Positions 51,137 through 61,841 are shown, numbered from the stretch's first letter. The stretch is DNA of 64,000 nt from Nitrosopumilus sp. (GCA_965205675.1 OZ242186.1:1760001-1824000); one strand, 5' to 3'. The notes: generated by a model not told the origin, from the letters alone. Translations and numbers: made by a program.

Positions 51137-52153
51137 ATGAATATTTTTAGTTTTTTTTCTAGTCCAATTGGATTGGGTCATGTGACTAGAGATATTGCAA
51201 TTGTAAATAATTTTAAAAATATTTCAACTAATTTTATTACAGGTAGCAATGCTGCAAAAATTCTAGAAAAATTAGATTACAATGTACAAGATGTATACAA
51301 CCCACCTTCATTTATTGTACAAAATGGTACATTAAAGAATCCAGCAAGATGGTTGTGGAATTATTACAAATATTACAAAGATTGTAAAAATATTTCACAA
51401 AATATTATTCAAAAAACTAATCCAGATTTATTAATTAGTGATGAAGATTTTGCATCACTAACAGTTGCACAAGAAAGCAAAATTCCAACAGTATTGATTA
51501 CAGATGTGTTAGAGACTCATTTCACTAAAGGAATAGCATCATTAATTGAGAGAGAAATGAATAAATCAATGCAAGAAATAATTAAGAAATGCGATATTGT
51601 AATACTTCCAGAAAACGGTGATGATAAAGATAACATCAGAAGAACAGGACCAATTGTTAGGAAAACAAATCACACACGAGAAGAATTGAGAGAAAAATTT
51701 TCATTTACAAAAAAGACTATACTAATATCCATAGGTGGAACAGATGCAGGGTTATTTTTAATTGAAAAAGCATTAGATACAATATCAAAAATTAATCAGG
51801 ATATAGAAATAATTCTAGTTTCTGGTCCATCAGTAAATAAAGAATTCAAAGATGTAAAAAACTTAGGATTTGTAGATAATTTACATGAATTAATTTTTGC
51901 AGCTGATGTACTAGTATCATTAGCAGGAAAATCTACAATAGATGAGGCTGATGCTTATGGAACTCCTGCAATATTCATACCAATAAAGGGACATTTTGAA
52001 CAAGAAGATAATGCAAAAGAGCACGGATTTGTTTTTGAAGATATTAACAGATTAAAAGAATTAATTTTAGAAAAATTAGAAGAGAAAAGAAATCAAATCA
52101 ACACAAATGGTGCTAAAATTGCATCAGATATTATTAAAAAATTAATGAATTGA
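51137..52153 (+). CDS. GT-B glycosyltransferase (GT28/MurG-like)
   Basis: GLGHVTR, SIGGT, AGKSTI, HFEQ..NA. Confidence 0.85.
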   Translation: MNIFSFFSSPIGLGHVTRDIAIVNNFKNISTNFITGSNAAKILEKLDYNVQDVYNPPSFIVQNGTLKNPARWLWNYYKYYKDCKNISQNIIQKTNPDLLISDEDFASLTVAQESKIPTVLITDVLETHFTKGIASLIEREMNKSMQEIIKKCDIVILPENGDDKDNIRRTGPIVRKTNHTREELREKFSFTKKTILISIGGTDAGLFLIEKALDTISKINQDIEIILVSGPSVNKEFKDVKNLGFVDNLHELIFAADVLVSLAGKSTIDEADAYGTPAIFIPIKGHFEQEDNAKEHGFVFEDINRLKELILEKLEEKRNQINTNGAKIASDIIKKLMN

Positions 52154-52198
52154 TAATCAAATGCTTAATAGATGGCTATTTGATTCTGATAGAGTACT

Positions 52199-53614
52199 AT
52201 GACTAATCTAGTAGTTGTTAAATTCGGGGGTAGTGCAATAGGTCCAAACGGGGAAACTATATCAAGAATTATTCAGAGAATTATAAATTTGAAAACAAAT
52301 TCCAAAGTTATTGCAGTTTTTTCAGCACCATTGACAATTCATGATGGGAGGAAATGCTCACTAACAGATGTTATTTTAGAGCAAGGCAAAAATGCAGAAG
52401 AGGGCAAAACCCCATCACTAGATATTGTAAAAGCAACTTATCAGAAAATTCTAGAGATGGTAGATGAGAAAAATAAGGAAAACTGTATAAAAACAATTGA
52501 TTCTCATCTAAAAAAGGCACAAAATGCATTAGATGAGGCCTACGCTAACAGAGAATTTGCCAACGAAGTACGATCTAGAACACTAGCATTTTCAGGAGAA
52601 ATTCTAATGTCACATGTCATGGCCTACATTCTCAGAAGTAATAATATCAATACTGAAGCAGTAGAATTTGAGAATTGGCCAATTATTACAGATGGAAATA
52701 TTGAGTTTACAAATTTTCTCACAGCGGAATCCAGAGAAAGAATAGATAATGTTGCAAAGTTGGTAAAAAATAATGAAGTTGTTGCCATAGGTGGTTTTAT
52801 TGGAAAAACAGTTGATAACATTACGACTACGTATGAACGTGGAGGCTCAGATAGAACTGCGGCAAATTTGGGAATATTATTTCATAAAAAATATGAAACT
52901 AGTATAGACTTTGAAAAAGACAGTTCAGTAGTTTCAGCTGATCCAAAAATTGTAGATTCAGAATTAAGAGAAGTTATTCAGTTATCATATAATGAAGCAA
53001 GGCTAGCAGGAATGTTTGGAATGAAAATTTTAGATCCAATTGCAATTAAAGAAATTGTAGAGAATGGAATAGATATGCCAATTACAATTACAAATATGAA
53101 AAACCCAAAAAAAACTACTACAATAAAACGAATTTTAGAAGAACATAAAGGACATCCAATAAAGATAGTTACGGGAAAAGAAAATTGTGCTATAGTTAGA
53201 ATTGAAACAAACGCAATTCAAAAATTATTAACATCTCTAGAGAAAGACAAACATTACAGTGAATTTGTCATATTATCGCCATTTACGAAAGATGGGATTG
53301 AGTTTTCTAGAATATTATTTTTAGATGGAGATTATGTAAAAAGAAATGAAAAATATCTCTTAGGATTTGATTCACTTGCCACCATTACATACAACAGAGG
53401 AGTTATTACATTAATTGGAGATGAGATGTGGAGAGTTCAACAAGTAGCTTCTAAAACTAGTGCAAAGATTGGTGAGTCAGGATTAAACATATTAAATATG
53501 GATGCACAAGAAGAAACTTCAAGAATAATTATCGTTATAGAAGATACGCAGGGTAACATTGCAAAAGCAATCAAAACAATACACCAGGAAATTTCAAAGA
53601 TAAATTTTGATTAA
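52199..53614 (+). CDS. lysC: Aspartate kinase
   Basis: VKFGGS, RGGSD, SADP, FGMKILDP, C-terminal ACT. Confidence 0.9.
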   Translation: MTNLVVVKFGGSAIGPNGETISRIIQRIINLKTNSKVIAVFSAPLTIHDGRKCSLTDVILEQGKNAEEGKTPSLDIVKATYQKILEMVDEKNKENCIKTIDSHLKKAQNALDEAYANREFANEVRSRTLAFSGEILMSHVMAYILRSNNINTEAVEFENWPIITDGNIEFTNFLTAESRERIDNVAKLVKNNEVVAIGGFIGKTVDNITTTYERGGSDRTAANLGILFHKKYETSIDFEKDSSVVSADPKIVDSELREVIQLSYNEARLAGMFGMKILDPIAIKEIVENGIDMPITITNMKNPKKTTTIKRILEEHKGHPIKIVTGKENCAIVRIETNAIQKLLTSLEKDKHYSEFVILSPFTKDGIEFSRILFLDGDYVKRNEKYLLGFDSLATITYNRGVITLIGDEMWRVQQVASKTSAKIGESGLNILNMDAQEETSRIIIVIEDTQGNIAKAIKTIHQEISKINFD

Positions 53615-53622
53615 TGTAAGAG

Positions 53623-53712
53623 TGGCGTTACGGGCTTTCACCTGTAAACTGCCATCATGGGTTTATTCTTGGACCTTCATCTAGAGTTAGTCCGGCGTTA
53701 CCCAAAACACGC
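53623..53712. ncRNA. Candidate two-hairpin structured RNA
   Basis: GC-elevated intergenic; TTACGGG/CCTGTAA, TGGGT/ACCCA, GGAC/GTCC stems; ACA after second hairpin. Confidence 0.4.
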
Positions 53713-53764
53713 GATATTATAGATTAGAATTTCTAGTATTTAGAGTTGATCTATATAGATCTGT

Positions 53765-53971
53765 TCACACACGCTCAGCTGTATACCAAAAAAGTATACC
53801 AATGCCCAAGATAGCATACCACTTGAAATTTCTTTTATTCATAAAAATATTTGCAGAGCCTAAGTCCTCATCTTTGTATGTGGTTAAACGGATTTTTCTC
53901 ATTTCAAATGCCTGACCAACTAAGCCTATCACAAGCAAAATAATTCCAACAAAGCCCAAAGTCCACTCCAT
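53765..53971 (-). CDS. Small two-TM protein
   Basis: 68-aa ORF, two hydrophobic segments. Confidence 0.7.
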   Translation of the reverse strand: MEWTLGFVGIILLVIGLVGQAFEMRKIRLTTYKDEDLGSANIFMNKRNFKWYAILGIGILFWYTAERV

Positions 53972-54061
53972 AATAGAAATTAAGACTAATCAGATATGTA
54001 GTTTAAGATGATTTGACAGAAAAAATAATTCTTTAAATTAGCATGGATTTTTTGCTCTCCT

Positions 54062-54976
54062 ATGAGAGAGGTTGGTAAAATATGGATGAATGGAAAATTG
54101 GTGCCATTCAAAGATGCCAAAATTCACGTATTGACTCATGCATTACACTATTCAACATCAGTCTTTGAAGGAATTAGATGTTATAATACTCCGAATGGAT
54201 CAGCGATTTTCAGACTACCTGAACATGTTGATAGATTTTTCAAATCTGCAAAACTCTATTCAATGAAGATGCAATTCTCAAAGAAAGTAATTTCAGATGC
54301 AATTGTAAAAACTGTACAAGCAGGAGGACTCAAAGAGTCATACATTAGACCATTAGCATATTATGGATACGGAACAATGGGATTAACCCCTACTGCTAAC
54401 AAGGTAGATGTTTCAATTTCTTCTTGGGAATGGAAAATGGGTGAATCAAAAGCAGGGAAATTTTCAGGGGCAAAATGTAAAGTGTCTAGTTGGATTAAAA
54501 TTGATTCAAGATCTCAACCGATGCAAGCAAAAGCTGCATCAAACTATGCAAATGCAGCTCTTGCAAGAATGGAAGCATTAGAAAACAAATACGATGAAGC
54601 AATTATGTTAAATTATCATGGTAAAGTTACAGAAGGTAGTGCAGAAAACATTTTCATAATTAAGGATGACATAATTCAAACTCCTCCACTTTCAGCAGGA
54701 GGATTAGAAGGAATTACTAGAGACAGCATCATTCAAATTATTGAAGAGAATGGAGATTTTGTAGTCGAACGTGATCTAGAACGAGACGATCTCTATAATG
54801 CAGATGAGGTTTTTATGACAGGAACAGCAGCTGAAGTAAAATCAGTAACTCAGATAGATCAAGTGAAAATAGGAAATGGGAAAATGGGCACCATCACAAA
54901 AGCATTACAAAAGTCATTTACAGATGTAGTTATGGGTAAAGATGAAAGATTCTTGCCATGGTTGACGTTTATCTAA
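54062..54976 (+). CDS. ilvE: Branched-chain amino acid aminotransferase (paralogue 2)
   Basis: HYSTSVFEG, AKAASNY, LEGITR, TGTAAE. Confidence 0.92.
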   Translation: MREVGKIWMNGKLVPFKDAKIHVLTHALHYSTSVFEGIRCYNTPNGSAIFRLPEHVDRFFKSAKLYSMKMQFSKKVISDAIVKTVQAGGLKESYIRPLAYYGYGTMGLTPTANKVDVSISSWEWKMGESKAGKFSGAKCKVSSWIKIDSRSQPMQAKAASNYANAALARMEALENKYDEAIMLNYHGKVTEGSAENIFIIKDDIIQTPPLSAGGLEGITRDSIIQIIEENGDFVVERDLERDDLYNADEVFMTGTAAEVKSVTQIDQVKIGNGKMGTITKALQKSFTDVVMGKDERFLPWLTFI

Positions 54977-55018
54977 AATTCCATGAAGTTTTTTTACCCA
55001 CAATAAAAAGTAATAATC

Positions 55019-55180
55019 ATGGATTCATGTACGCCGGGCAATACTCAAGAAATTTGTTGGTTTTGTAGAAAAGGTCGCCATGGAGATTGTATGAAAGAGA
55101 TTCCTACGCAAGGAAAATCAGACGGTCCACATGATTGTACTTTTGATACAAAACTAATTCCATGTAAATGTCAACATTAA
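55019..55180 (+). CDS. 53-aa Cys/His-rich protein
   Basis: Manual translation MDSCTPGNTQEICWFCRKGRHGDC...HDC...CKCQH fills the intergenic gap. Confidence 0.65.
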   Translation: MDSCTPGNTQEICWFCRKGRHGDCMKEIPTQGKSDGPHDCTFDTKLIPCKCQH

Positions 55181-55202
55181 ACAATTAGTAACAAATACAG
55201 CT

Positions 55203-55775
55203 TTGTTTAAAAAAAATTCTATGAATTATGATGAAGAATTTTGGAATAAATATTCGGATGAGAATGAATCCAAATATAATGAAGAATTTGCAAAATTTGT
55301 AAAAGATTTAGCAATTTCTTTGCGTTGTACAAGTGTGTTAGAAATTGGATGTGGTACAGGGATTGATTTGAGATTGTTTCCAGATACATTTCAAATTCAT
55401 GGGATTGATCTAAATGATCATGCATTAAAAATTGCACAAGAAAAATTAGCGATAGCAAAATTCAAGAAAGGAACAATTACTGAAATACCTTTTGATGATT
55501 CATCAATTGATTTTGTATTTACTCATGGATTAATGAATTATTTGGATGAGAAGACATTAGAGCAGGGGGTTGCAGAAATGTTTCGAGTTTCTGGAAAATA
55601 TATTATGAATTGTGAGAAATTTGATGAAACAGAGAGAAAAATTGATGAAAAACAAAAATTTTGCAACATGCAAAATAGATGGCTGGATTATAAAGTAAGA
55701 TTTGTAAGTAATGTGGATATACATGAAGACATAGATCCCGATAAACCTCGATTTACATTATTGAAAAAATTGTAA
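55203..55775 (+). CDS. Class I SAM-dependent methyltransferase
   Basis: VLEIGCGTG, GIDLN, PFDDSSIDFV. Confidence 0.88.
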   Translation: MFKKNSMNYDEEFWNKYSDENESKYNEEFAKFVKDLAISLRCTSVLEIGCGTGIDLRLFPDTFQIHGIDLNDHALKIAQEKLAIAKFKKGTITEIPFDDSSIDFVFTHGLMNYLDEKTLEQGVAEMFRVSGKYIMNCEKFDETERKIDEKQKFCNMQNRWLDYKVRFVSNVDIHEDIDPDKPRFTLLKKL

Positions 55776-55916
55776 CTTATATCAAGATTTTATTTTAACA
55801 CAAAATAAAGATAACTATAACCATATGTACCAAAATCAGTCAGGAAATTAGAATGTACTTGCATTCGTGCCAAAACTCGCAAGAAGACTAGAACTGCCAA
55901 CAAACACATTACTCTA

Positions 55917-56993
55917 CTATAGCGACGATCAAAAGTTCGTGAACATCTTTGCAGGATTTCTAAAGATACAATTTGCAACATCAAACTTGAATCTTGTCAT
56001 TCTAAAATATTTTGACACTGCATCATTTATCGTAAACATTGCATAATATTCTGATATCTGCAACGCATACTTGTTTATCTTTCGGTATTGTTTTATCATG
56101 TTCAAGTACGGTGAACCTTTTGGCAATCATATTAGTTTGACATCTCTATTGTTTGCAAGATATTCCTTGACCTTCTTTGATTTGCGAATTAATACTCGGT
56201 CTAGCATAATTGCAATCTTGCCATATTTCCAGTGCAACTCTTTTAGATATTCTACAAATCTTACAGTGTTGAATTTTTCATAAATTCTAAACAGTTGATC
56301 TCCACTAGTTGTAATTGTTCCATATACTGCCAAACTTTCATGATTCCCCGTATATGGAAGAAATATTCTCTTGGCAACTGGTGACTGGGTATTTTTTTCC
56401 TATTTTTGTATCCCTTAGAAAAAATGCCTCATCAGCCATTACAATGATAAATCCATTCTCTTTTAGGCATAAAATTCTCTTTCTGATGCGTTACTGCCAG
56501 ATTCGCACAACAGATACGCTTGCATGGTTGATGTGATATTTTTGTGCAGTTTTTGCAGATATAATACTGGTGCATTATCTTTTGGATGTGAGTGATGTGA
56601 AATTTTACTCCAGTGGAATGAAATATTGCTTGCTGTAGCATCACAGGTGTAAACAAAGTTAGCATTGCTTTTGAGAAGATACAGTCCATTTTGGTCTGGG
56701 AGATTGTTCTTGGTCTTCCACTCCTTGGGTGGTCGTAGAGGCCATCGATTTCAAAACGACTCACCCATTTTCATACCCAGTTTGTGCAGCTGTGCAATGT
56801 CTTTGCAGTGTGTTCTATTTCCTTACTCCCTTTTAGAATCATCAATACTGCAAGCATTCTTACTGCAACTTTTGAATTTTTTGTATGCTGCTTTCAAGGG
56901 ATTCTAACTTTCATGTATTTTGTTGGGTTGACTGATCAAAAGGTTTTTTGTTTTGGAATTATTTAGTTCACGAACTTTGTCTTTTCACTACAG
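55917..56993 (-). mobile_element. IS630-family element (second type), degraded; source of MITE ends
   Basis: TIR ...AAGTTCGTGAAC, TA flanks, PRSGRP, ADE, PKGSPYLN motifs. Confidence 0.88.
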
Positions 56994-57196
56994 TATACAA
57001 GACTATGCAAGAAGGTGATTCTACCTTTAAACTACAAGCCCACAAGGTTTATTAAAAAATCCAATGTAATAACGTTAGTTCTTAGGCGGTAAGGCTATCA
57101 TAAACTAGCCTATTTTTTTATTCAAATATGAAAAATGATTTATCCAATTTCTGATCTTATCATATGAATCTGCAAAACGGACTTTATTGTATCAGT

Positions 57197-57406
57197 TCCC
57201 TTTAGACTCGCTCTCTTTTGTTGGTCAATATACTATAGCGAAAAGATAAAGTTCGTGAGCTAAATAATTTTAAAAAACCAGAAATCAGTTGATCTTACCT
57301 ATAGGTAAATACGAATAAACAAATTGAAACACCTAAAAAATAACTCACGAACTTATGCTTCTCACTATACTATATTTGTCAACAAAAGAGAGCGGGTCTA
57401 AAGGGA
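57197..57406. repeat. 36-bp inverted repeat (32/36) including the tRNA-Lys 3' end, flanking a MITE
   Basis: 57197-57232 vs reverse complement of 57371-57406. Confidence 0.88.
57233..57370. mobile_element. IS630-derived MITE, copy 2
   Basis: TA duplication; near-identical to 27923-28060. Confidence 0.9.
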
Positions 57407-57466
57407 TTCGGACCCTTGACAACCGGATTAAGAGTCCGGTGCGCTACCTGGCTGCGCCATAGACCC
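57393..57466 (-). tRNA. tRNA-Lys(CTT)
   Basis: Cloverleaf, loop CTCTTAA; T-loop reads TCCGAAT. Confidence 0.92.
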
Positions 57467-57532
57467 ACCGAAATAGATAAGCATATAGAGTTGTTATTAA
57501 TCTTAAGATTTTAAAATAAATGAAGATGTGTT

Positions 57533-58129
57533 TTATGCTTTAGCTTCAATCTCGTTGTATTTTTCAATGATTGCTGTAAGTGCAATTGAAACTGGAACGT
57601 CATTCATCTTTTTCTTTTCTGCTAAAAGTTTTTGGTATGCATCTAATGTGATGTATACTGGGATTGAACCGTTTCCTTCTAGTAATCCTCTAACATTGTA
57701 TAGAGCAGTTTCCAGTCCTTTTTCAGCAGATTTTGTAAATTTTGCTTTATTCAAAATTGCTCCCAGAGGACCAAATGGCATCTTATAGTCCACGGACATG
57801 GTTATTCGTGTAAGATTATTACCTAATGCTTTGAATTCATTGGTGATTTGCCAATTTTTAAATGGACCTTCAATTTGTTTAGCAGTGATTTTCTCATTTC
57901 TGATGAATTCAGTTGTTTCACAATCCCATTCTACACGCTTTCCGCCAAAGTCACCGATAATTCTAAAGGTTGTACCAACACCCATCCCTTCTTTAATGTC
58001 CATAGGAACTACGGTCATGCTTATTGCATCATTTTTGATTTGATCAGAAACATGTTCTGGTCTTGCAAAATAGGTAAAGACATTCTCTACAGAGGTCTTA
58101 ATATCGATTGATTTTGTAATGAGGGTCAA
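57533..58129 (-). CDS. SRPBCC (polyketide cyclase/START-like) protein
   Basis: SIDI...VF.Y, EGPFK.W, PFGPLG motifs. Confidence 0.8.
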   Translation of the reverse strand: MTLITKSIDIKTSVENVFTYFARPEHVSDQIKNDAISMTVVPMDIKEGMGVGTTFRIIGDFGGKRVEWDCETTEFIRNEKITAKQIEGPFKNWQITNEFKALGNNLTRITMSVDYKMPFGPLGAILNKAKFTKSAEKGLETALYNVRGLLEGNGSIPVYITLDAYQKLLAEKKKMNDVPVSIALTAIIEKYNEIEAKA

Positions 58130-58226
58130 CGATTGGGTTTCTTGCCAATAAGGATTTAAAGGTTTTGAAGATTTTCGTAAAGGAATTGATTTACAATATA
58201 TTCACCAAGTTTACATAGTAAATTAA

Positions 58227-58751
58227 ATGGCTAAAAAGCGATCAGTTTTTTTGATCTTTGTTTTGATTTTTTCAATATATTCAGGATTTGATTTTGCGTA
58301 CGCTCATTCTATGTTTAATTCTGCTGAGCAATCATATGGCGGTTATAGAGTCCAAGTCGCAACAGCCCCAGAATTTCCACAAATTGATGAGCCATCTCAG
58401 TTTCTAATCAAAGTGACCAAAGGAGGAGATTATGAAGAAGTGGATAGTTTTACAATGGGGATCAGAGTATACTATAATGATCAGCAAGTTGATGCAATTC
58501 CACCGACAACAATAGATAATGCACATTGGGATTTTGATTATACGTGGAAAAATATAGGAAACCATATTGTTAAAGTGGATTTGTATGATATGATAGAACC
58601 AGACAAAATTCTAACTTATACATTTAACATGGGAACACAAAGTCCATTTGGATTTGTGTTCATAGGAGCAATAACTACTGGTGCTTTTGTGTTTACAGGA
58701 ATAATGCTGTATATCTACTTGCCAAAAATTTTTAAAAAATTTAAGCGCTAA
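58227..58751 (+). CDS. Surface protein with signal peptide and C-terminal TM
   Basis: AYAH cleavage motif, C-terminal TM. Confidence 0.7.
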   Translation: MAKKRSVFLIFVLIFSIYSGFDFAYAHSMFNSAEQSYGGYRVQVATAPEFPQIDEPSQFLIKVTKGGDYEEVDSFTMGIRVYYNDQQVDAIPPTTIDNAHWDFDYTWKNIGNHIVKVDLYDMIEPDKILTYTFNMGTQSPFGFVFIGAITTGAFVFTGIMLYIYLPKIFKKFKR

Positions 58752-59184
58752 TTCCTTTAGGTGACTTTGATATTCTAAATGCAAACAGAGTAGTAAGTAA
58801 TACCATTGCAAACAACCAAATTCCAATTCCTAAGTGAATTGCAACTAATACGGCATGAAGTTGAGTATCAATCACTAAAGCACCAAGAGTAATTTGAGTA
58901 ATTACCAATACAGTTGCCAATGAACTTGTTATTTTGATTTTCGAATCAGCATTTTTGTTAATTAGGCTACCAATCATGGTTGCAACTATCAGTACACCAG
59001 TAGTTGCAGCAACAGTTCTATGAATCCATTCAATAAGATATTCTTCAGAAGGCATTATTCCATTAGGACATAAAGGCCATTCAGGACAAGTTAATCCTAG
59101 TCCTGCTGCAGAAATATATCCACCGATAAACATAAGCGAATATAGAACAATCATTGTTATTAGTGCAAGATATTGTAAAGTCAA
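58741..59184 (-). CDS. ctaA: Heme A synthase (short CtaA/COX15)
   Basis: CPEWPLC, EWIHR, H motifs; in cox cluster. Confidence 0.85.
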   Translation of the reverse strand: MTLQYLALITMIVLYSLMFIGGYISAAGLGLTCPEWPLCPNGIMPSEEYLIEWIHRTVAATTGVLIVATMIGSLINKNADSKIKITSSLATVLVITQITLGALVIDTQLHAVLVAIHLGIGIWLFAMVLLTTLFAFRISKSPKGISA

Positions 59185-59191
59185 TATTTCT

Positions 59192-60253
59192 CTAGTTTAC
59201 AGAAATGTTACCTAACATCCAAGGATGAACCATGCAATAGTATGGATATTCATCTGCTACATCAAAGGTTACAGAATACGTAGTTCCTGCAGTAAATAAG
59301 CTGCTATCAAATTTACCATCATGACCGTCTGTGGGGGTTCCACTTGTAACAGTATGAGCTGCTGAGTCATCATTTGACCAAGTAACTTCATCACCTACTG
59401 AAACTGAAACAAAAAATGGGATATAGCATTCATCTGTTTCATCACATCCAGGAACTCCAGAACCATCTGGAACTGAAATGATTCCGTTAAAGTCTACAGA
59501 TTCAGGTTCCATAACTTCTTCCATTACCTCTGGTTCAGGTTCCATAACTTCTTCCATTACCTCTGGTTCAGGTTCCATAACTTCTTCCATTACCTCTGGT
59601 TCAGGTTCCATAACTTCTTCCATTACCTCTGGTTCAGGTTCCATAACTTCTTCCATTACCTCTGGTTCAGGTTCCATAACTTCTTCAATAGAAGCATCAC
59701 CTACAATGATTTTACCAACCATTCCTTGATCTCTGTGACCTGGAATAGTACAGATATAGTAATAAACACCATCCTCACCTGCAATAAATTCCGAAGTACC
59801 ACCCTCCCCAGATTTTAATGGATTTGATGCTAGTGCAACTTCACTTCCAGGAATAATTCCTGCATATCCTTCAGAATCAGAAGTGACACCAAAGGAATGA
59901 AGTGACTTACCATCATTGACAACATCAAAGACGATTTTATCTCCAACCTCCATCTTGATGGTTGGATTGTTATCAGGCTCTCCTGGTAATGCGTTAAAGG
60001 CTAAAGTTCTAAAATCAGATGATTCGATAAATGAAAGAATAGACATGATAGTTGCACCAGTATGTACTGCTGAACTTGCGGAACCAGAATCACCTGCCAT
60101 CATGGCTACAACTGGAGCAGGTTCAGATATCCAGTAATCCCACATTGAAAAGAATATTGCTCCACCAACAAGGCAGATACCTAACATGATAATCATCATT
60201 TTTCCAGTTCTAGCTGGAGTTGTTCTATAAATTTGGGAATTATCGTGGCTCAT
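59192..60253 (-). CDS. Membrane-anchored two-domain blue copper protein
   Basis: CTIPGHRDQGM and CMVHPWM type-1 copper sites. Confidence 0.9.
   Translation of the reverse strand: MSHDNSQIYRTTPARTGKMMIIMLGICLVGGAIFFSMWDYWISEPAPVVAMMAGDSGSASSAVHTGATIMSILSFIESSDFRTLAFNALPGEPDNNPTIKMEVGDKIVFDVVNDGKSLHSFGVTSDSEGYAGIIPGSEVALASNPLKSGEGGTSEFIAGEDGVYYYICTIPGHRDQGMVGKIIVGDASIEEVMEPEPEVMEEVMEPEPEVMEEVMEPEPEVMEEVMEPEPEVMEEVMEPEPEVMEEVMEPESVDFNGIISVPDGSGVPGCDETDECYIPFFVSVSVGDEVTWSNDDSAAHTVTSGTPTDGHDGKFDSSLFTAGTTYSVTFDVADEYPYYCMVHPWMLGNISVN
59501..59686. repeat. 33-bp perfect tandem repeat, ~5.6 copies, encoding EPEPEVMEEVM
   Basis: Units at 59501, 59534, 59567, 59600, 59633, 59666 (partial). Confidence 0.95.
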
Positions 60254-60265
60254 TTCATATATCTC

Positions 60266-61792
60266 CTAATGTGATGGATTCTTTGCCTCAAATGGATAAT
60301 AGTATTTTCCACCTAGACCAAATGGATCATCAGTGTTTGCAAATTTACCTTTTCCGGAACTGTAAATCATGTTAGCTAAGAAGATGGCCATACTGACACC
60401 AATAATCATTGCGCCTACAGAAGCAATTTGGTTCATAGCAATCCATTCTGGGATTGGTGGATAATCAAAAATTCTTCTTGGCATACCATACAAACCAAGT
60501 ACGTGTTGTGTAAAGAATACTAGTACTGTACCGATAAAGGACATGATAAAGTGGATTTTACCCATCGTTTCATTGTACATTCTACCAGTTACGTATGGGA
60601 ACATGTAGTAAAGATAGCCAATTGAACCAAATGCAATAGTTCCCATCACAAAGAGATGAAAGTGTCCAACTACCCAGTAAGTATCGTGTGTTGTAAAGTC
60701 TAATGGCATTGCACTATTAACTACACCACCTGCACCTGCAGAGAAGAATAAAGCGATACCGCCAACTGCCCACATCATTGGAGTTGAGAATCTAATTCTA
60801 CCATTCCACATAGTTGCAATAAAATTAAAGACATGCATTGCAGATGCTGGAACTGCTGCAAGAGTTCCTACCATGAACACAGTTTTTTCAGTAAATGACA
60901 TTCCTGTTGCATACATGTGATGTGCCCATGATGAGAAACCAACAATAGATAACAAGACAAATGCAAAGACACCAGAACTATAACTGTAGATAGGTTTTCT
61001 TGAAAATCTTGGAATAATCTCATACATCATACCGATTGCTGGAATTACTAATACATACACTTCAGGATGGAATGTAAACCAGAACAAATGTGCATATGCT
61101 ATTGGATCACCACCCATTGCAGGGTTAAAGAACCCACTTACTCCAAGTCTATCAGTTAACAACATCAAAAGTGCTGCTGCAAATGTAGGAATTGCAACTA
61201 GAATGATTAATGATGAGGATAAAAATGACCATGCCAGCAATGGGACTTGTCCAATAGACATGTCAGGGTGTTTACATTTTAGAATTGTAACTACAAAATT
61301 GATTGCACCAAGTACGGAAGATATACCTAAAATCTTTAATCCAAAAATCCACATGTCAGCTGCAGGACCTGGGGCACTAATAATAGAATACGGAGGTGTA
61401 GCATACCAAGTAAAGTCAGCAAAGCCTAACCAGATAAGAGCACCTGCTGGAGGAATCATCCAAAATGCAATTGCGTTGAGTTTTGGATATGCCATGTCTT
61501 TGTATCTGACCATAATTGGAACGTAATAGTTACCAACAGCAGATGCAAATGGAATGATAAACAAGAAGATTAATGTTGTACCGTGAACAGTAAATATTCT
61601 GTTGAAAGTCATTGCATCACCAATAATTTGAGCTCCTGGCAAAAATAATTCTGCTCTAATTGCAAGAGCTAGTGTTCCACCTAAGAACAAGAATGCAAGT
61701 GATGAAATCAGATAAAGTAAACCAACATCAGTGTGATGGGTTGAAAACATAATTTGCCAAATTGGACGTGGTTTTGCTAATTCTAAAGTCAT
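60266..61792 (-). CDS. coxA: Heme-copper oxidase subunit I
   Basis: HPEVY, WAHH, HFH motifs. Confidence 0.97.
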   Translation of the reverse strand: MTLELAKPRPIWQIMFSTHHTDVGLLYLISSLAFLFLGGTLALAIRAELFLPGAQIIGDAMTFNRIFTVHGTTLIFLFIIPFASAVGNYYVPIMVRYKDMAYPKLNAIAFWMIPPAGALIWLGFADFTWYATPPYSIISAPGPAADMWIFGLKILGISSVLGAINFVVTILKCKHPDMSIGQVPLLAWSFLSSSLIILVAIPTFAAALLMLLTDRLGVSGFFNPAMGGDPIAYAHLFWFTFHPEVYVLVIPAIGMMYEIIPRFSRKPIYSYSSGVFAFVLLSIVGFSSWAHHMYATGMSFTEKTVFMVGTLAAVPASAMHVFNFIATMWNGRIRFSTPMMWAVGGIALFFSAGAGGVVNSAMPLDFTTHDTYWVVGHFHLFVMGTIAFGSIGYLYYMFPYVTGRMYNETMGKIHFIMSFIGTVLVFFTQHVLGLYGMPRRIFDYPPIPEWIAMNQIASVGAMIIGVSMAIFLANMIYSSGKGKFANTDDPFGLGGKYYYPFEAKNPSH

Positions 61793-61841
61793 TAGTTAAT
61801 CTCCTCACTACAGATGATTGGAAGTTGTGATAAAAGCGTTA

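Noticed and set aside
53623-53712. Lysine riboswitch or hammerhead ribozyme
   Set aside because: Downstream rather than upstream of lysC, too short, and lacks the CUGAUGA core
59478-59729. Ser/Thr/Gly repeat ORF on + strand
   Set aside because: Antisense shadow of the cupredoxin linker repeat
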